From UHGV virus genome UHGV-1698770: a stretch of DNA of 18,856 nt. One strand, given 5' to 3'. This DNA is from a virus. The position numbers were made by a program, and so were the translations under genes. Below the pieces are notes generated by a model that was not told the origin of the DNA, ran no database searches, and saw only the letters and a list, made by a program, of their open reading frames with translations. Of the stretch, positions 15,758 to 18,856 are shown piece by piece (position 1 is the stretch's first letter; every line of letters starts with the position of its first letter).

Positions 15758-15958
15758 TTTGTTATTTTTGACAACTTTTAAAACTGCAAGATAGCCTAAG
15801 CAATAAGAATCACCGAAGAGAGTCCTACCCATGAAAGAATCCTCTTTGATATCCTTTGCAGTGACAGTTTTTTCTACGCCGTGGGAAAGGACTATATCAC
15901 CAACTTTGATATCTTTGATGTGTGTAGTTTCAATGGTTAAACCATTAATAATAGCCAT
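15755..15958 (-). CDS. hypothetical protein (67 aa)
   Basis: ATG at 15958 after cassette A5; stop lies inside the palindrome of cassette B2. Confidence 0.6.
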   Translation of the reverse strand: MAIINGLTIETTHIKDIKVGDIVLSHGVEKTVTAKDIKEDSFMGRTLFGDSYCLGYLAVLKVVKNNK

Positions 15959-16050
15959 TTTTGAATCTCCAGTTTAGGACTTTATTTAGTGGGGAAGGTC
16001 ATCCCCTCCCCGTTGATGTATAATTTAGCCTATCTAAAAATCAGTGTCAA
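15959..16050 (-). repeat. type A cassette (TTGACA-N17-TAAATT, stem-loop, GGAG RBS)
   Basis: -35 at 16045-16050 (perfect TTGACA), -10 at 16022-16027, hairpin about 15991-16011. Confidence 0.75.
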
Positions 16051-16060
16051 CAAAAATTTT

Positions 16061-16465
16061 TTATAGTTCTGCATAAATTGCATCGCAGATATTACGGAAA
16101 TCGTGATTTGCCAAATTACGCTGCAACCAAGTGGCGAAAAAGTCAGCGATTGCAAAGTTAGCATCATACTCGACAGATAACCACACTTTAACAGCAAATC
16201 GGAACATTTTCAAATCTAACTCTTTATTCATTACCTTAGATTTGCCTAACATGTCGGCCATTTCATGTTGTGCACCGTCTAGCGTGATACCTGCTGCAAC
16301 GTCAGTCAATGAGTTTTTTACGCTTTCAACGTCTAAGATAACACTTTGAATCTTCCCAATAATGTTTTGCAGTGTTTCATCTGGTGCTGATGACGTGATA
16401 ACATTAATCCGGTTAACGGTCAAACGTGCTTTTAAAATTGATAATTCACGGTTATTAATAGCCAT
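16061..16465 (-). CDS. hypothetical protein (134 aa)
   Basis: ATG at 16465 (MAINN...) with TTGGAGAAC RBS; the track start at 16480 is a TTG inside the cassette. Confidence 0.7.
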   Translation of the reverse strand: MAINNRELSILKARLTVNRINVITSSAPDETLQNIIGKIQSVILDVESVKNSLTDVAAGITLDGAQHEMADMLGKSKVMNKELDLKMFRFAVKVWLSVEYDANFAIADFFATWLQRNLANHDFRNICDAIYAEL

Positions 16466-16554
16466 TTTTAAGTTCTCCAATTTAGGATTTAGTGGTAAAG
16501 CTCTTTATCTGGGGCTTACTTTATCGAACTATAAGCCCCTTGTAAAGTACTTTA
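16466..16554 (-). repeat. type B cassette (stem-loop GGGGCTTA/TAAGCCCC, palindrome GTAAAGTACTTTAC)
   Basis: 14-bp perfect palindrome at 16542-16555; hairpin about 16511-16538. Confidence 0.7.
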
Positions 16555-16824
16555 CATTAAATGCAGTTTTTTGCCTTTTACTATAATGTAACTCGATGCG
16601 CTATTGCTTTGCACATCTTGATAAATTCTGCGTAAACGTCCTTCGTAGTATACTTTCCAACTGGTTGGAATCTTTTTCCCGTATCCTGTAGCAGTTTTTT
16701 GGAGTCCTGCAACTTGCCAATTTAAGATGTGTTGCTCAGCCCGTAAATCTTCAAAGCACATCACACCGTCTACATAGTGACGCAAGGTGACATTTAAGGT
16801 GCGACCATTGTTAGTAGTGTACAT
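16552..16824 (-). CDS. hypothetical protein (90 aa)
   Basis: ATG at 16824 (MYTTNNG...) with AGGAG RBS from a truncated cassette at 16825-16849; the track GTG start at 16866 would translate the cassette. Confidence 0.65.
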   Translation of the reverse strand: MYTTNNGRTLNVTLRHYVDGVMCFEDLRAEQHILNWQVAGLQKTATGYGKKIPTSWKVYYEGRLRRIYQDVQSNSASSYIIVKGKKLHLM

Positions 16825-16849
16825 TTTAAAAGCTCCTAGTTTAAGGGTT

Positions 16850-17008
16850 TTATTTTGACAGTTCACTAATTAAGACATCAAAGATTATATCATTATCTGC
16901 TACAGTTGCAACACCAGTGATATAATCAATTTCTAGGATAACAACAACTTTCGTACATAAACCGTCATCTATATCATTCCAGACAACTTTATCACCTGCA
17001 CAAAACAT
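16850..17008 (-). CDS. small hypothetical protein (52 aa), below the ORF-track length cutoff
   Basis: ATG at 17008 directly after a full type A cassette with GGAG RBS; reads MFCAGDKVVWNDIDDGLCTKVVVILEIDYITGVATVADNDIIFDVLISELSK; stop 25 nt before the next gene's start. Confidence 0.45.
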   Translation of the reverse strand: MFCAGDKVVWNDIDDGLCTKVVVILEIDYITGVATVADNDIIFDVLISELSK

Positions 17009-17101
17009 TTTCAGAATCTCCAGTTTAGGACTTTATTTAGTGGGGAAGGTCATTCCCTCCCCGTTGATGTGTAATTTAATCTATCTAAAAACCAGTGTCA
17101 A
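17009..17101 (-). repeat. type A cassette (TTGACA-N17-TAAATT, stem-loop, GGAG RBS)
   Basis: -35 at 17096-17101 overlaps the stop of the upstream gene; -10 at 17073-17078; hairpin GGGGAAGG..CCCTCCCC. Confidence 0.75.
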
Positions 17102-17430
17102 CAGTTTTGTTTTCGTTTGCTCAATTCTTGAACAATTACAGCGTAGTAGTCTTTTAAGTCACTGACATTTAAAGCATTTATCAGAGAATTATAATCATCA
17201 ACTAACTGAAAATTATCTTTGAAGATGTCACTTATCTGATAGGTTTTCGCTTTATATCTGAAGCTCATCTCTAGCCGCTTTATTTGCTCATCACTTAAAC
17301 GCCCTAGAAAGCTCTCTACAAGGTTATTGCTAACTTGCTGTGTGATTGCCTTATTTGCTAGATTATAGGCTTTATATGCCTTATATAGCGCGAAAATGGC
17401 AATGATTGCAGTGATACCAGTCATTAACAT
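17098..17430 (-). CDS. hypothetical membrane-anchored protein (110 aa), one N-terminal hydrophobic helix
   Basis: Start overlaps the upstream gene by 7 nt; N-terminal MLMTGITAIIAIFALYKAY is hydrophobic. Confidence 0.65.
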   Translation of the reverse strand: MLMTGITAIIAIFALYKAYKAYNLANKAITQQVSNNLVESFLGRLSDEQIKRLEMSFRYKAKTYQISDIFKDNFQLVDDYNSLINALNVSDLKDYYAVIVQELSKRKQNC

Positions 17431-17720
17431 GGTGTTTCCTCTTTACGTGATACTTTGCCACTTACAGTTATCTCATAGGATTCTAATAAATCGCTTTTAG
17501 ACTTTACTGGACTTTTAAAAGTGTCATCATAGATATTGACTTGCAATACAGGTTTTTTATATTCCCTACAACTATTCCATAAGCAAATCACTACACGACG
17601 GCCTTTTATTTTGCCGTGTAACCATTCCATAACATCATGACTATTCCTTGATGTTTCAATGAAATCAATTTTGTTGAGTAACTTGCTTAGGTTTTCACGG
17701 ACTTTATTTGATAATTTCAT
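17424..17720 (-). CDS. hypothetical protein (98 aa)
   Basis: ATG at 17720 preceded only by the RBS-proximal part of the cassette (17721-17735); no hairpin or promoter. Confidence 0.65.
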   Translation of the reverse strand: MKLSNKVRENLSKLLNKIDFIETSRNSHDVMEWLHGKIKGRRVVICLWNSCREYKKPVLQVNIYDDTFKSPVKSKSDLLESYEITVSGKVSRKEETPC

Positions 17721-17735
17721 TTTTGAATCTCCAGT

Positions 17736-17948
17736 TTAGGATAAAATAGTAATCGTAAAATTGTAATGACCATTAAGCTGATAAACATAACAGTTAGAAA
17801 ATACACCAACTAACCGAGGTTTTCCATAAATTTTCATGCGCTCTTTAATCTCTTTGAGAGATTTCAAACCTGTAAGGTCTTTATTGAAATAGTCATCATC
17901 TGTGAATAGGACTTGTGAGGCGGTTTTCAGTTTTTGATTAATGTTCAT
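17736..17948 (-). CDS. hypothetical protein (70 aa)
   Basis: ATG at 17948 after cassette B4; its 3' codons overlap the truncated cassette remnant. Confidence 0.6.
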   Translation of the reverse strand: MNINQKLKTASQVLFTDDDYFNKDLTGLKSLKEIKERMKIYGKPRLVGVFSNCYVYQLNGHYNFTITILS

Positions 17949-18036
17949 TTTTGAATCTCCAGTTTAGGATTTAGTGGTAAAGCTCTTTATCTGGGGCTTA
18001 AGATACCAACTTTTAAGCCCCCTGTAAAGTACTTTA
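17949..18036 (-). repeat. type B cassette (stem-loop GGGGCTTA/TAAGCCCC with variant loop, palindrome TAAAGTACTTTA 18025-18036)
   Basis: Hairpin 17993-18021; conserved flanks. Confidence 0.7.
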
Positions 18037-18327
18037 TTTGTTAATTTTCAGCTTTGCATAACTTCTCATTGTACGAATGGGGGATGTTAATGCTACGCGT
18101 CTAATGTATGCCTTTTTCGTGTATACATTTGTCTTCCCGATAGTGTTTACACATGTAAAAAGGTTTATCGGTGAATTTTTTAACTTCAACTGTTTATCAA
18201 CCTTCACGCCCCACCTTACAGCAGATTGTTTTCCGTTGTCAACCACTTTCCCGCATAACTTTTTAGCCATAACGCGAGCGTCATCACGAGTCTTTGCAGT
18301 AATTACAACGTTTTTGATAATAGCCAT
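18034..18327 (-). CDS. hypothetical basic protein (97 aa)
   Basis: ATG at 18327 (MAIIKNVV...) with TTGGAGAAC RBS; the track start at 18342 is a TTG inside the cassette. Confidence 0.65.
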   Translation of the reverse strand: MAIIKNVVITAKTRDDARVMAKKLCGKVVDNGKQSAVRWGVKVDKQLKLKNSPINLFTCVNTIGKTNVYTKKAYIRRVALTSPIRTMRSYAKLKINK

Positions 18328-18416
18328 TTTTAAGTTCTCCAATTTAGGATTGAGTGGTAAAGCTCTTTATCTGGGGCTTACTTTATCGAACTATAAGCCC
18401 CTTGTAAAGTACTTTA
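18328..18416 (-). repeat. type B cassette (stem-loop GGGGCTTA/TAAGCCCC, palindrome TAAAGTACTTTA 18405-18416)
   Basis: Near-identical to B1 and B3. Confidence 0.7.
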
Positions 18417-18797
18417 TTTGTTAATTTTGAAGATAGTTACATAACCATCGCTGCCGATGATTTGTGATGCTCCAGCTTTTTCTACTTGATAGCCCATATT
18501 TTCAAGATGGTAAACAGCATCATCATAACCATATGCGCCGCCCTGATAACGTCTCTTATCACATCTTACTAATACCTTTCCACGTCCTGCCAGTGCATTT
18601 AGTACGACTTTTTCACTTGAAAGTGTACCATCTAACATGGTTGCCGTGTAATGGTTGATTCTATTCCCGTTTACATCATACTTAAAATTGAATGCGTGAA
18701 CAACGATAATGTTACCTTTAAAATTCTCATCAAGTGACTTCTCCAGTGCGTTGCGAAAGTTGTCTTTGTTGATGAATTTAGGTGCACGATATGCCAT
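18414..18797 (-). CDS. hypothetical protein (127 aa)
   Basis: ATG at 18797 after cassette A7 with GGAG RBS. Confidence 0.7.
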   Translation of the reverse strand: MAYRAPKFINKDNFRNALEKSLDENFKGNIIVVHAFNFKYDVNGNRINHYTATMLDGTLSSEKVVLNALAGRGKVLVRCDKRRYQGGAYGYDDAVYHLENMGYQVEKAGASQIIGSDGYVTIFKINK

Positions 18798-18856
18798 TTT
18801 TGAATCTCCAGTTTAGGACTTTATTTAGTGGGGAAGGTCATTCCCTCCCCGTTGAT
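18798..18856 (-). repeat. type A cassette, truncated by window end
   Basis: TTTTGAATCTCCAGTTTAGGACTTTATTTAGTGGGGAAGGTCATTCCCTCCCCGTTGAT, matching the A2/A6 copies. Confidence 0.7.

Noticed and set aside
5097-16349. Remaining antisense or nested track ORFs (5411..5674, 5590..5793, 5827..6042, 6301..6519, 7684..8037, 8201..8386, 8757..8939, 9589..9807, 10486..10794, 16131..16349, 16362..16586, 18077..18424, 18464..18658, 2092..2274)
   Set aside because: Each lies opposite or out of frame within a better-supported gene or across a cassette, with no RBS and no independent support.
16061-16480. N-terminal extension MENLKM shared by the track ORFs 16061..16480 and 18034..18342
   Set aside because: The extension starts at a TTG inside the conserved cassette and translates the RBS itself; the ATG 15 nt downstream sits at the canonical distance from GGAG. 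Trimmed to 16465 and 18327.
16552-16866. GTG start at 16866 for the 104-aa track ORF
   Set aside because: The first 14 codons translate the truncated cassette and overlap the 52-aa ORF; the ATG at 16824 has an AGGAG RBS.
12913-18856. CRISPR array, because of the regularly recurring 60-90 bp repeats
   Set aside because: The intervening segments are 200-550 bp protein-coding ORFs with RBS and start codons placed at a fixed position relative to each repeat; the repeats carry promoter, hairpin and Shine-Dalgarno elements and fall into two families. This does not fit CRISPR repeat-spacer geometry.

Overview
AT-rich, densely packed segment that looks like part of a large virulent dsDNA phage genome (the T4-type 'hyperplastic region' style of organisation is my inference; no search was possible). 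Left edge: a minus-strand tRNA cluster (one tRNA cut by the window edge, tRNA-Glu, tRNA-Pro) containing a 93-nt spacer that does not fold as a tRNA, then a minus-strand 471-aa vWA-domain protein (Ro60/TROVE-like or DUF2828-like architecture, unverified) and a small protein. 2.6-11.0 kb: a plus-strand block of about 18 mostly small, overlapping or translationally coupled ORFs, including a protein with four tandem Ig-like domains and a GH24 (T4-lysozyme-type) lysozyme. 11.04-12.6 kb: a 1.6 kb ORF-free convergent intergenic region, bounded by intrinsic terminators, packed with short motifs phased at 10-11 bp; this is the most unusual structure in the window. 12.66-18.86 kb: a minus-strand array of 16 small ORFs, most preceded by one of two families of conserved 60-90 bp promoter / stem-loop / RBS cassettes (PeSL-like). 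No CRISPR array, integrase, transposase or rRNA was seen. All coordinates and motif calls were made by eye from the sequence; protein family assignments rest on visible motifs only.
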